Origin: Acidobacteriota bacterium
Lineage (GTDB): Bacteria > Acidobacteriota > UBA6911 > JACQSX01
Assembly (NCBI GenBank): GCA_036507075.1
Contig: DASXQR010000128.1
Span: 1 to 31,107, forward strand
Length of the DNA stretch: 31,107 nucleotides
Direction of reading: 5' to 3'
Of the stretch, positions 8,363-17,308 are shown piece after piece (the stretch's first letter is position 1; each line of letters begins with the position of its first letter). The notes beneath the pieces are model-generated. The model searched no databases, had not been told where the DNA came from, and worked only from the letters and a program-made list of their open reading frames with translations. A program made the position numbers and the translations under genes.

Positions 8363-11077
8363 CTACGCCACGTTTTTCCTCCGCCGTCTGGCCGCTTCGC
8401 TTTCCCAGCCTGGACCTGCATCCGGTGTGCCGTCACGATCGTAGATGCCGCAGAACCAGGACTGCATCCGGAACGTAATGATGGCGCTCTTGTTTCCTGC
8501 CGCGTCGCTGAGCGAGAAGTCGATCGGGAGCGTCCCGCTGCTGATCGTAAGGCGGCTGGGCTGGAAGCTGACTTCAAACTGGACGCTTCCCGAGGTTTGG
8601 CCCAGCCTGTTCAAAAAATCGCCGCTGCTGTTTATGGTGCAAGTAAAGAGCGGCTGATTGTCAAACCGGAAGCTTATCAGGGCGCTTCCATCCAGCGCGC
8701 CAATGAAGAAGATGTCTCCGTCGGGGTCGGTGAAGTCAAAGCTTCCCGTTATTGTGACCAGGCTTCCAAAACTGCCCGAAGGCGCGTTCACCTTCAAATT
8801 GGAAATGCTGGGCGTATTTGCGGCGCCGACCGGACCGGTGATCGAAAACCGCAGGGGCCCCGCAAGACCGGCCGCGGTACTGACCGACACCATTCTGCCG
8901 CCAAAGGCCGCCGTCGAGTCGACCGCCAATTGAGCCGTAATCTGCGTGTCGGTAGACTGGACGTTGCTTACAGTCAACCCGGCCGACGGGACGAATTCAA
9001 TCGAAGTTGTGCCGCTCAAGCGTGTACCGCGCAGCGTCAGCGCGACCGTGGTTCCGGGCGTGGCCCGGAAGGGCGTAATGGAGGTCAAGCGCAGCGGATC
9101 CATGACCGTAAATGGAAGTTTGTTTGACACTCCGCGCGGGGTGGTCACGGAAACTTGTCTGACGCCGCTGCTGGCAAATTCAGAAATTGCGACTGAGGCG
9201 GTCACCTGCGTGCTCGAAGATTGAATGTTGCTTACTGTGATCGAGAAAGACGGATCGAAGGTAACGGCTGTTGCGCCGTTCAGGTTGGACCCCTGAATCA
9301 CCAGATCCACCGTTTTGCCTTTTTCTCCGCTGGTGGGCGAAATCGAGTCGATCACCACCGGCACTCTTATTTCAAAAGGCAGCGCGTTGGAAGTTCCATT
9401 TGATGTCGTCACCGAGAGCTGGCGGGGCCCCGGAACTGCATCCGCTGCTATCACCAGCGCTGCGGTCACTTGTGAGAAGGTAGATTGAAGATTGTTGACC
9501 GTCACTCCGCCGGCAGGATTCAGGTCCAGCCGCGTGACCCCGCTCAGGTTCGATCCCCGGGCGATAAGATTGACCGTCGTTCCGATAAGACCATTATTAG
9601 GACTGAGCGAATCTATCCTCACAGGAGCGGTGATGTTGAAGGGAAGCGAGTTCGTTGTGCCCGAGGTGGTAACGAGCGACACCTGTCTCGAGCCCGTGAA
9701 TGCCGTTGGACCAATAACCACCGTCGCGGTAACCCGCGTATCGGATGCCTGCAGGTTGGAGATCGTTATCGAAGACGATAAACTGAACTGCACTGCTGTG
9801 GTCCGGCGGAGATTCGTGCCGGTAATCACCAGGCTGACCGTTGCGCCCTGAGTGGCAGTGTTTGGCGTCAGCATATCTATCCGGGGAACGACCCTGGCAA
9901 CAACGTTGACGTGAATCTGATAGCGGTAATCCGCTCCGCCCTTGCCGGCTGCGTCCCTGACGCGCAAGTAATAAGTCCCGTCCGAAGGCAGCACCACCTG
10001 AACGAAAGAATCGTTTTGGCCGATAAGACCATTTTGATCGTTTGCCGACAAAGTCGTGCTAAAGCTGTTCTCTATCGAAAGAGCGGAATCGATAGGGGAT
10101 TGGGAAGTTTGAGTTTCCACCAGCGCTGAAACCGTGTCGCCCTGTTTGCCGCTGAAACTGAAAAGATCGACATCGCCCGCTGTGCTGATGACGCCCGAAA
10201 TTATAGCCGGCGGCGAAATCAGTTGGGCCTGTCCGGTGCTGTTGTTAGGTTCGGTTTCGGCGCGCACGCTGGACGTGACGATAAACCCCTGCAGCAGCGG
10301 GCCCGAGTCGATCGCGATGGAAGCCAGGATACCCTGTTCCACTCTCAGGCCTATCAGGCCGAACCTGGAAGGAGCAGAAACACTGACGGCCCCTTGAAAC
10401 TTGTCCAGTCCCGGAAACAGCCGCACGTCGTTGAGGAACAGAGAGGTATGCGCGCCACGCTCCAGCCTGACCGAAACGCTGTCCCGAAAACGCCCGTCGG
10501 CCTCCAAAAGGGTCACGATAACGTCCTGCGCGCCGACCGAGTCGGTGGAAAGCGCCGGATTTGCAAAGGCCATGCCCGTGTTGACTCCGCGCGCGATGTC
10601 CACCTGTGCTGCAAACGAGTAATGGGTCGCCGGAATCTGCTGGGAAACTCCTAACTGGGTGATCAGCCGCGCATTCTGTTCGAATCGCACGACCATAGTG
10701 GCTCTCACCAGCGAGCCTGCGGGCGCCTGCAGCAGCGCGTACCCGGGCTGCACCGGTCCGCTGCCGGTGACGCTTACAACCTGCGTTGCTCCTGCATTCA
10801 GGCTGCTGATACGGACCTGCGTGCCGGGTCCAAGATTACTTTGTACGAACAACGGAAAACCGTCATCTCCGAAAAAGGAAATAGTCAGATCCGTAACGGT
10901 TGCGAATCCCTGGTTGGAAACATAAAAATCGCACGACCAGCCGCCGCCGATCGCAATCTGGGGGAAGATGGAAAAACGCGGAAGACCCTGGGCGTCATGA
11001 TTGGCTGTGCTGAGGCAAAGGATCGCCATTCCTGCAAACAGCGGTTTCCAAAGTGATCGAACGGGACCGCGAGCCAT
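8363..11077 (-). CDS. Secreted protein with N-terminal beta domain, PPC (pre-peptidase C-terminal) domain and four IPT/TIG-like repeats
   Basis: Signal peptide, FPQIAIGGGWSCDF, ETEPNN..GDVDLFSFSGKQGD (PPC-like), and four ~88-aa repeats of type RIDSLSPNNGLIGTTVNLIARGSNL. Its ATG overlaps the upstream TGA (TGATG). Confidence 0.85.
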   Translation of the reverse strand: MARGPVRSLWKPLFAGMAILCLSTANHDAQGLPRFSIFPQIAIGGGWSCDFYVSNQGFATVTDLTISFFGDDGFPLFVQSNLGPGTQVRISSLNAGATQVVSVTGSGPVQPGYALLQAPAGSLVRATMVVRFEQNARLITQLGVSQQIPATHYSFAAQVDIARGVNTGMAFANPALSTDSVGAQDVIVTLLEADGRFRDSVSVRLERGAHTSLFLNDVRLFPGLDKFQGAVSVSAPSRFGLIGLRVEQGILASIAIDSGPLLQGFIVTSSVRAETEPNNSTGQAQLISPPAIISGVISTAGDVDLFSFSGKQGDTVSALVETQTSQSPIDSALSIENSFSTTLSANDQNGLIGQNDSFVQVVLPSDGTYYLRVRDAAGKGGADYRYQIHVNVVARVVPRIDMLTPNTATQGATVSLVITGTNLRRTTAVQFSLSSSITISNLQASDTRVTATVVIGPTAFTGSRQVSLVTTSGTTNSLPFNITAPVRIDSLSPNNGLIGTTVNLIARGSNLSGVTRLDLNPAGGVTVNNLQSTFSQVTAALVIAADAVPGPRQLSVTTSNGTSNALPFEIRVPVVIDSISPTSGEKGKTVDLVIQGSNLNGATAVTFDPSFSITVSNIQSSSTQVTASVAISEFASSGVRQVSVTTPRGVSNKLPFTVMDPLRLTSITPFRATPGTTVALTLRGTRLSGTTSIEFVPSAGLTVSNVQSTDTQITAQLAVDSTAAFGGRMVSVSTAAGLAGPLRFSITGPVGAANTPSISNLKVNAPSGSFGSLVTITGSFDFTDPDGDIFFIGALDGSALISFRFDNQPLFTCTINSSGDFLNRLGQTSGSVQFEVSFQPSRLTISSGTLPIDFSLSDAAGNKSAIITFRMQSWFCGIYDRDGTPDAGPGWESEAARRRRKNVA

Positions 11078-12249
11078 CACGGCGTCCTCACATTCAGGTG
11101 GAGCCGGTATGTGAAATCGCTTCCCCCCAGTCCGGAAAATTCGCGCAGCCGCAGAAAATAGGTTCCATCCGCGGGCAACACCGCCTGGACAAAGGGATCA
11201 CCCGAGCCGAGCGTGGTTGACTGCGAGACGGTGCCGCCGGCGGAGGTTTCCAGGACCAGTATCACCGTCGCTTTGGATCCGCGTGACGCAGATTCTATGA
11301 TCGCCGTAGCGATGTCACCCTTCCTTGCAGAAAACCGAAACAGGTCCACGTCTCCTGCCGGCGTGAATGTGCCTGAGACCAGCGCCGGAGGAGCGAGAGC
11401 CTGCGCCTGGGCATTCGCACCGTTTGGCTCTGTTTCGGCGGCCGGGCTGCCGAACACGAGGAAGGGCGCCAGCATCACACCGGGGGTGATTTCGAGTGCT
11501 GCCAGCACGTCTCTATCCAGCCGCAAACCGATCACGCCGAATTGAGACTGAGCCGAAACGCTCACCGTGCCCTGAAACTTGTCCAGTCCCGGAAACAGTT
11601 TTGGATCGCTGAGAAACAGCGACGTGTGAGCTCCAGGATTCAAGCGCACCACCACCGCCCCGCGAAGGCTTCCGTCCGGATTGAGAAGTTGTATTACCAG
11701 ATCGAGCGCCGAGGCGCTGGTCAAATCCAAAACAGGATTTGCCAGTGCCAGGCCCGTGTTGATGCCCTTTTGCAGATCGACCTGAGCCGCAAACGAAAAA
11801 CTCGAGCCAGGAAACTGTTGTGCCACGCCAAGCTGTGTCAGCACCTGGGAATTCTGTTCGAGGCGCACAATCATGGTGGCTCGAACAGATGACCCGGAGG
11901 GAGCGCGCAGAACCGCATATCCGGGCTGCACGCCGCTGCTGGATGTGGCGGTTATGCTTTGAGTGGCGCCGCCCGAGACGTTAAAGATGAAGGAAGACCC
12001 CGAGCCAAGATTGCCGCTTACAGAAAGAGGAGAGCCGTCGTCCCGGAACAGGCTCAGGGAGAGGTTGTTTGCAGGCAAAAACCCCTGGTTGGTGACAAAG
12101 AAGTCACAGGACCAGCCGCCGCCCACGGCAATCTGGGGGAAAACCGCGTAACGGAAAAGCGCGCCCCCCTGCGCGTAAGACTCGCAACAAAGTCCCGAGG
12201 CAATAATTGCCACCGTCAGAATGCCACGGCATCCGCCGCGAATGGCCAT
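11077..12249 (-). CDS. Secreted PPC-domain protein, paralog of the N-terminal ~390 aa of the adjacent gene
   Basis: GGAG RBS, signal peptide, FPQIAVGGGWSCDFFVTNQGF, LFPGLDKFQG and ETEPN motifs shared with 8363-11077. Confidence 0.85.
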   Translation of the reverse strand: MAIRGGCRGILTVAIIASGLCCESYAQGGALFRYAVFPQIAVGGGWSCDFFVTNQGFLPANNLSLSLFRDDGSPLSVSGNLGSGSSFIFNVSGGATQSITATSSSGVQPGYAVLRAPSGSSVRATMIVRLEQNSQVLTQLGVAQQFPGSSFSFAAQVDLQKGINTGLALANPVLDLTSASALDLVIQLLNPDGSLRGAVVVRLNPGAHTSLFLSDPKLFPGLDKFQGTVSVSAQSQFGVIGLRLDRDVLAALEITPGVMLAPFLVFGSPAAETEPNGANAQAQALAPPALVSGTFTPAGDVDLFRFSARKGDIATAIIESASRGSKATVILVLETSAGGTVSQSTTLGSGDPFVQAVLPADGTYFLRLREFSGLGGSDFTYRLHLNVRTP

Positions 12250-12366
12250 TTCAACTCCGGTTAATTTAAGGTGAATATAAATGCGAGGCGATTATCTTAT
12301 CGAACGAGCCGACTGAAAGCCAAGCTAATTTAAGGCATGCTGGCTAAATCATGACGCGGTGCAAAC

Positions 12367-12481
12367 GGCCACATTGTATTCACCGCAGAGGCGCGAAGAG
12401 CGCTGAGTTTCGCGGAGCTGCATGGCAAGCTCAGCGTGGGCTTGGCGACCTCGGCGTCTCTGTGGTGAATACAATGTGGCC
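12367..12481. repeat. Head-out MITE-like palindromic element
   Basis: Perfect 18-bp terminal inverted repeat GGCCACATTGTATTCACC, continuing as GCAGAGGCGC versus ACAGAGACGC. Confidence 0.85.
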
Positions 12482-12513
12482 TGATCTGCGCCGACACTCC
12501 GGGCGAAAACTCC

Positions 12514-12555
12514 TTGACTTACCTTCGACTTTACTCTATTATTCAGAGTACTCTA
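12514..12555 (+). promoter_or_regulatory. Sigma70 promoter with palindromic operator
   Basis: TTGACT (12514-12519), 17-bp spacer, TATTAT (12537-12542). TACTCT-N7-AGAGTA (12532-12550) straddles the -10 box. Confidence 0.75.
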
Positions 12556-12571
12556 TAAAAAGGAGAATATC

Positions 12572-13138
12572 GTGGATACAACACCTATCGAAGGAGACCT
12601 GCAGTTTGTAAAGGAAGTGCTGCGGAAGTCGGAAGGGAAGCGATCGCCCAGGACAATCTATTTTCTCTGGGCGGCAATTGTACTCGTCGGCTTCGCGCTG
12701 GTGGATTTTGCCCCCGTGAGGGTCGGCATCTATTGGATGATTGCAGGCCCTGCCGGCGGTGTGATCAGCGCGATTCTGGGTTACCGGGAAGGGCAGCGTC
12801 TCGGGCAGCGCGATGCCGACATTGGGATTCGTCATTGCCTGCATTGGCTTGGGATGATGGGCGCCATCGCCTTGGTGGTGATACTAGGCATCACCGGCGC
12901 TGTTGGACAGGTCAATCTGGGGCGCATCATTCTGGTGATTGTCGCCCTTGGTTATTTCCTGGCCGGTATACACCTGGAACGGCCGCTGATGTGGATCGGA
13001 TTGCTGATGGGAACCGGGTACGTCGCCATTCTGTTCATTTCCGGGCACACGTGGACCGTTGTGGGCGCGATCATTGCGATCAGCATGGTGGCGGCTGCCT
13101 TTACAGGGGAGAGGCAAAGTGGCGCCACAGTTTCCTAA
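12572..13138 (+). CDS. Integral membrane protein (about 6 TM segments)
   Basis: AGGAG RBS, GTG start, multiple hydrophobic stretches; overlaps the downstream regulator by 20 nt. Confidence 0.85.
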   Translation: MDTTPIEGDLQFVKEVLRKSEGKRSPRTIYFLWAAIVLVGFALVDFAPVRVGIYWMIAGPAGGVISAILGYREGQRLGQRDADIGIRHCLHWLGMMGAIALVVILGITGAVGQVNLGRIILVIVALGYFLAGIHLERPLMWIGLLMGTGYVAILFISGHTWTVVGAIIAISMVAAAFTGERQSGATVS

Positions 13139-13460
13139 AAGCAGCGGTGAAGATTGGAATGGCTTTGAAGGCCTGGATAAAATGCTGGAACATCGGGCGC
13201 GCCTGGGAATCTGCGTTCTGCTGGCGCGCCACCAGGAATTGTCGTTCAGCCGCCTGAAGGAGCTGCTGGGTGAAACCGACGGAAACCTCGGGGCTCACCT
13301 GCGAAAGCTTGAAGAATCCGGCTATGCGCGCGTGCGAAAGCAGTTCGTGCAGCGCAAACCGGTGAGCTGGTACTCTCTGAGCGCGGAAGGCCGCAAGGCG
13401 TTGCAGTCGCACCTGCACGCCATCACAGACCTGATCCGAAAATCCAAGCCAACGCGGTAG
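13119..13460 (+). CDS. Winged-helix transcriptional regulator (HTH_34 / ArsR-MarR-like)
   Basis: LEHRARLGICVLL..LSFSRLKELLGETDGNLGAHLRKLEESGY..PVSWYSLSAEGRKAL. GGAGAGG precedes GTG 13119. Confidence 0.9.
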   Translation: MAPQFPKSSGEDWNGFEGLDKMLEHRARLGICVLLARHQELSFSRLKELLGETDGNLGAHLRKLEESGYARVRKQFVQRKPVSWYSLSAEGRKALQSHLHAITDLIRKSKPTR

Positions 13461-13611
13461 ATTTCCACCGTAGAGACGGTAGATTTCCACCGTAGAGACG
13501 CGGCATGCCGCGTCTGAGTTGGACGCGACATGTCGCGTCCGGAGCGCCGCAAAGCGGCCCGGGCGCGATTTATCGCGCCTACCTCAGACGCGATGTATCG
13601 CGTCTCTACGG
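13455..13611. repeat. Cluster of GTAG-type REP palindromes with a 22-bp tandem duplication
   Basis: CGGTAGATTTCCACCGTAGAGA x2 (13455-13498). Palindromes at 13496-13515, 13521-13540, 13562-13579 and 13586-13605; the outer two are footed by GTAG and CTAC. Confidence 0.85.
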
Positions 13612-13654
13612 CTCGAATCAAAATCCTTCGCGCCTTCGCGGTTTAATCGCAACC

Positions 13655-16600
13655 TCACTTTCGCGTTATCTGCGGCGCGTGGTAATTGGGGTATGCCGGA
13701 CGCTTGGGGCGTGCGACCGGATTCTTTTCCAGATCCTTCATCACCACTTCGATCGCTTTTTCCAGTTGTGGATCGCGGCCCTGGCGCACCAGTTCAGGGT
13801 CGTGTTCGACTTCAACGTCCGGGCTGATGCCCTGGTTCTCCACTTCCCACTGCCCGTTAGGATTCCACACTCCAGAACTGGGCGCCGACACAAAGCCGTC
13901 ATCCATCAGCGAGGGCGCCGCGGCTCTTCCCACCAGACCGCCCCAGGTGCGCTTGCCGATCAGTTTTCCCACGCCGGCGCGCTTGAAATACCAGGGCATG
14001 GCGTCGCCGCCAGAGCCGGCAAATTCGTTGATGATCATTACCTTCGGTCCGAAGATCGCTCCCTGGGGTTGAACCTCATCTTCGCCGTCGCGGGTAGCGA
14101 CCAGGCTGAGCAGCGGGCGCTTCAGGTATTCGATGATGTCGGTCGCCAGCGCTCCTCCACCGTTAAAGCGCTCGTCGATGATGGCTGCCTCTTTTCCGAT
14201 CTGAGCAAAGAAGTACCGGTTGAAGTTCGTGTAGCCGCCGAATGCCGTGTCGGGCATGTAAACATATGCCACGCGCCCGTTGGTCATGCGATCCACCTTG
14301 CGGCGGTTGTCTTCGATCCATGCCAGGTTGCGCAATCCGGTTTCGCTGACCACCGGCACCACGGTTACTTCGCGCGCATTCGCGCCCGAAGGGTCCGGCC
14401 CGACCTTAAGCACCACCGACTTGCCGGACGTTCCTTCGAAAAAGCTGTAAATATTGTCCGTGTCGCGCAGCTCCCGGCCGCCCACGGCAATCAGATATTC
14501 ACCGGCTGTCACGTTCACACCGGGTTGGGTCAGTGGCGCCTTCAATTGAGGATTCCAGTTTTCGCCGTTGTAAACGCGCGCGAAACGATAGCGCCCATTT
14601 TCCAGTTTGTAATCAGCGCCGAGCAGGCCCGTCAGTACCCGCTTTACATCGGGAGTATCGCCGCCGCCCGCAAACAGGTGACCGACGGTCAATTCACCGA
14701 GCATTTCGTTAAACAGGTAATTCAAATCGCGCCGCGAGCTGAGCGATTCCAGGTACGGCTCGTAGCGCTTCTCCGCGGCTGTCAGGTCCAGTCCGTGATA
14801 TCCGGGATCGTAAAAAAAATCGCGCTCGACGCGCCACGCTTCGCGGTACATCTGCTTCCATTCGGCGCGCGGGTCGGCCTTCACTTCAAGTCCGTCGATC
14901 TTCAACGCGCCGCTCGCTCCGCCGCCCGCAGGCGCAGGAGGAGGAGGCCCGGCTGCGGAAGCTGCCATCGGCCTGGGCGAAGCGATAATCCAGTTGTCGC
15001 CCTGCCGGTACAGCATCTTTTCGCCATTATGCGAGATCTCAAAGCTGCGCACGCCTGAGATTGCCACGTCGGATTTGCGCGACTTCAGGTCGTAACGGTG
15101 CACCGTGAGACCGAACTCCACGCCGGGCGCGAATGCAGGCGCCTCCACGGCATAAAGCAGGCCCGGTTTTCCGACCTGAAGCGACACGTATCGCCGCGCG
15201 GGCAGCGGCAGCGCCAGAATCCGCTGGCCGATGTTGTCAAAGTCGATTTTGACGGTGACCGCCTGCGGCTTTGGCGCAGTCTGTGCTTTACCTGTGTCTG
15301 CTTTTTGCTCTTCTTTCTTCTCCTCTTTTTTCTCCTCCTGAGGCTGAGCGTTTGGTTCCTCGGTGTTCGTCACAAACCCGACCGGAGTCGCCCCGGCAGA
15401 TTCGCCTGTTCCTGCGTCACCTCTCCAGTCTCTGTCAGACGTCGCGCCGGCTTTGTCTGCGCCTGTCAGTTGCTTTGGAGGTCCGGGTTCGGGCTTTTTT
15501 TCTTCGGCCTTCTCTTCATCGCTCTCCGGCGCCAGTGGTGAAGACTCTTCCTTGGAAAGCACCGTCAGGTAAATACTGCGCGACACGGGTCTGCTGAAGC
15601 TGTAAATATCGGGCTGAAGCGAGGGACCCGAGTCGGTGCTGGCCGTAAAGTACAGGTACTTGCCGTCTTTGTCGAAAACAGGGTAACGCGCATCACTCAT
15701 CCCGTCGGTCACCTGTGTGCTTTTGCCGCCGGCCAGCGAGTAAACGTAAACCGCGTTCATGTAGTTCTTCAGCCGGCGCGCGTAGGCGAGCCACTTACTG
15801 TCGGGAGACCAAACGGGCGTGAGCTCGCCTGCTCCTCCCCAAGTCCAGTAGATGTCCTTGTCAATGCGCACCGGTTTCTGCTGGTCAATGTCGACATACC
15901 AGACGGTCTGGTGGTTATCCACGTAGGCGACCTTTTTACTGTCGGGCGACCAGCGTGGCGTGAAATAAAACCCGGGCTTCTCGCCGAGCTTGATTTTCTT
16001 TACCTCGCCCATGCCGTTCTGCGCGCGCAGATGCAGCTCATACTCGCCGGACTCGTCGGACAGGTACGCGATCGTCTTGCCATCGGGCGACCAGGCCGGG
16101 TCGCGCTCCATCGCGCCCGTCGTATTGGTCAGGTTGCGCGCATCGCCCTTTTCGGCCGGAACTGTAATAATTTCGCCGCGTCCTTCAAATACGGCGCGCA
16201 CGCCGGTCGGCGAAATGTGCGCGTTGCGGAGCCGTTTGCTGATGTCCACCATGCGAGGCCGAAGTTCCAGCAGGTCCGCCTCAAGGTGCACCGGCACTGC
16301 TTTGGTCTTGCCGCTGGTAAGGTCGTAAAGATGCAGCGCGCCGAACTGCTCGTACACGATGGCGCCGGGCCCGGCGCCGGCAGACTTTAAATCGAGCCCC
16401 CGGTTTTCGATGAGCTGCTTGACCTGACTCGTCTTCGGATCATAAGAGAACAGCGTTACCGGACCATTGCGGTCCGACAGGAAGTAGACCTTGTCGCTGA
16501 TCCACATCGGATTGAAATCGTTTGAATTTTCGCGCGGGACTTTCCCCACCTTGCCCGTTGCCAGGCTTGCGGTCCAGATCGGGGTGGTTCGCCCGCCGCG

Positions 16601-17149
16601 ATAACGTTTCCACGCGGTGAAAGCGCGCCCGATCGGGACATACGCCAGTTGCGAGCCGTCGGGGGAATACGCCGCCTCATAACCCATCGGCAGTTCGACC
16701 TTCTGTGGGAAATGGCCGTCCAGGTCCACGGTAAACAACTCGGGGAAAAATGAATAGGACGTGCGCGAGGAGGCAAAGAGGATGCGCTTTCCATCGGGCG
16801 TCCATCCGAGCACGTTGTCAACGGCCGGATGCCACGTCAGCCTTTTGGGAACGCCTCCGTCGGCCGCCATCACGAACACATCCACATTGCCGTCATATTC
16901 GCCGTTGAAGGCAATCTGAGATCCATCGGGAGAAAATACCGGGTTGTTCTCCAGCCCTGCGCTGACAGTGAGTCGTTTGGCGCCGCCACCTTCGCGTGGC
17001 ACACTCCACAAATCTCCGGCATGCACAAAGATAATCTGGGTCCGGCTTAAGGTCGGTTTTTGCAACAACAGTGACTGCTCGGCGGCCGGCTGCGCGAAGA
17101 TGGTTGCACACGTGAAAACAAAAAGCAGGGCAGAAAGAGAGCGGGTCAT
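13655..17149 (-). CDS. Tricorn-like protease (peptidase S41 with PD40 propellers and PDZ domain)
   Basis: AGGAGG RBS, signal peptide, PD40 repeats (PVFSPDGSQIAF), EWKQMYREAWR, ELTVGH, IIDERFNGGG, NEFAGSGGD (catalytic Ser) and GKRTWGG. Confidence 0.95.
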   Translation of the reverse strand: MTRSLSALLFVFTCATIFAQPAAEQSLLLQKPTLSRTQIIFVHAGDLWSVPREGGGAKRLTVSAGLENNPVFSPDGSQIAFNGEYDGNVDVFVMAADGGVPKRLTWHPAVDNVLGWTPDGKRILFASSRTSYSFFPELFTVDLDGHFPQKVELPMGYEAAYSPDGSQLAYVPIGRAFTAWKRYRGGRTTPIWTASLATGKVGKVPRENSNDFNPMWISDKVYFLSDRNGPVTLFSYDPKTSQVKQLIENRGLDLKSAGAGPGAIVYEQFGALHLYDLTSGKTKAVPVHLEADLLELRPRMVDISKRLRNAHISPTGVRAVFEGRGEIITVPAEKGDARNLTNTTGAMERDPAWSPDGKTIAYLSDESGEYELHLRAQNGMGEVKKIKLGEKPGFYFTPRWSPDSKKVAYVDNHQTVWYVDIDQQKPVRIDKDIYWTWGGAGELTPVWSPDSKWLAYARRLKNYMNAVYVYSLAGGKSTQVTDGMSDARYPVFDKDGKYLYFTASTDSGPSLQPDIYSFSRPVSRSIYLTVLSKEESSPLAPESDEEKAEEKKPEPGPPKQLTGADKAGATSDRDWRGDAGTGESAGATPVGFVTNTEEPNAQPQEEKKEEKKEEQKADTGKAQTAPKPQAVTVKIDFDNIGQRILALPLPARRYVSLQVGKPGLLYAVEAPAFAPGVEFGLTVHRYDLKSRKSDVAISGVRSFEISHNGEKMLYRQGDNWIIASPRPMAASAAGPPPPAPAGGGASGALKIDGLEVKADPRAEWKQMYREAWRVERDFFYDPGYHGLDLTAAEKRYEPYLESLSSRRDLNYLFNEMLGELTVGHLFAGGGDTPDVKRVLTGLLGADYKLENGRYRFARVYNGENWNPQLKAPLTQPGVNVTAGEYLIAVGGRELRDTDNIYSFFEGTSGKSVVLKVGPDPSGANAREVTVVPVVSETGLRNLAWIEDNRRKVDRMTNGRVAYVYMPDTAFGGYTNFNRYFFAQIGKEAAIIDERFNGGGALATDIIEYLKRPLLSLVATRDGEDEVQPQGAIFGPKVMIINEFAGSGGDAMPWYFKRAGVGKLIGKRTWGGLVGRAAAPSLMDDGFVSAPSSGVWNPNGQWEVENQGISPDVEVEHDPELVRQGRDPQLEKAIEVVMKDLEKNPVARPKRPAYPNYHAPQITRK

Positions 17150-17221
17150 CGAGACCTCCTTACGAGTGTGCCAAGTATACCAATTTCAAATGGGGTGGTG
17201 GTTCTTGAAAGAAAAAGCTGG

Positions 17222-17306
17222 AACCGCGAAGGCGCGAAAGCGGAATTCACACGCGAATTTACGCAATTGGTACTACCGCAGTCTTTGCTTTCGCCGTCGC
17301 GGTGAA
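17222..17306. repeat. Degenerate head-out element of the ACCRCNRAG family
   Basis: AACCGCGAAGGCGCGAAAG ... CTTTCGCCGTCGCGGTGAA. Confidence 0.6.
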
Positions 17307-17308
17307 TT

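Noticed and set aside
12262..12335. TAATTTAAGG repeated twice upstream of the PPC operon
   Set aside because: Only 10 bp in an AT-rich spacer; insufficient to call a binding site.
13505..15058. 517-aa plus-strand ORF
   Set aside because: Antisense shadow of the tricorn gene, with no motifs, starting inside a REP cluster.
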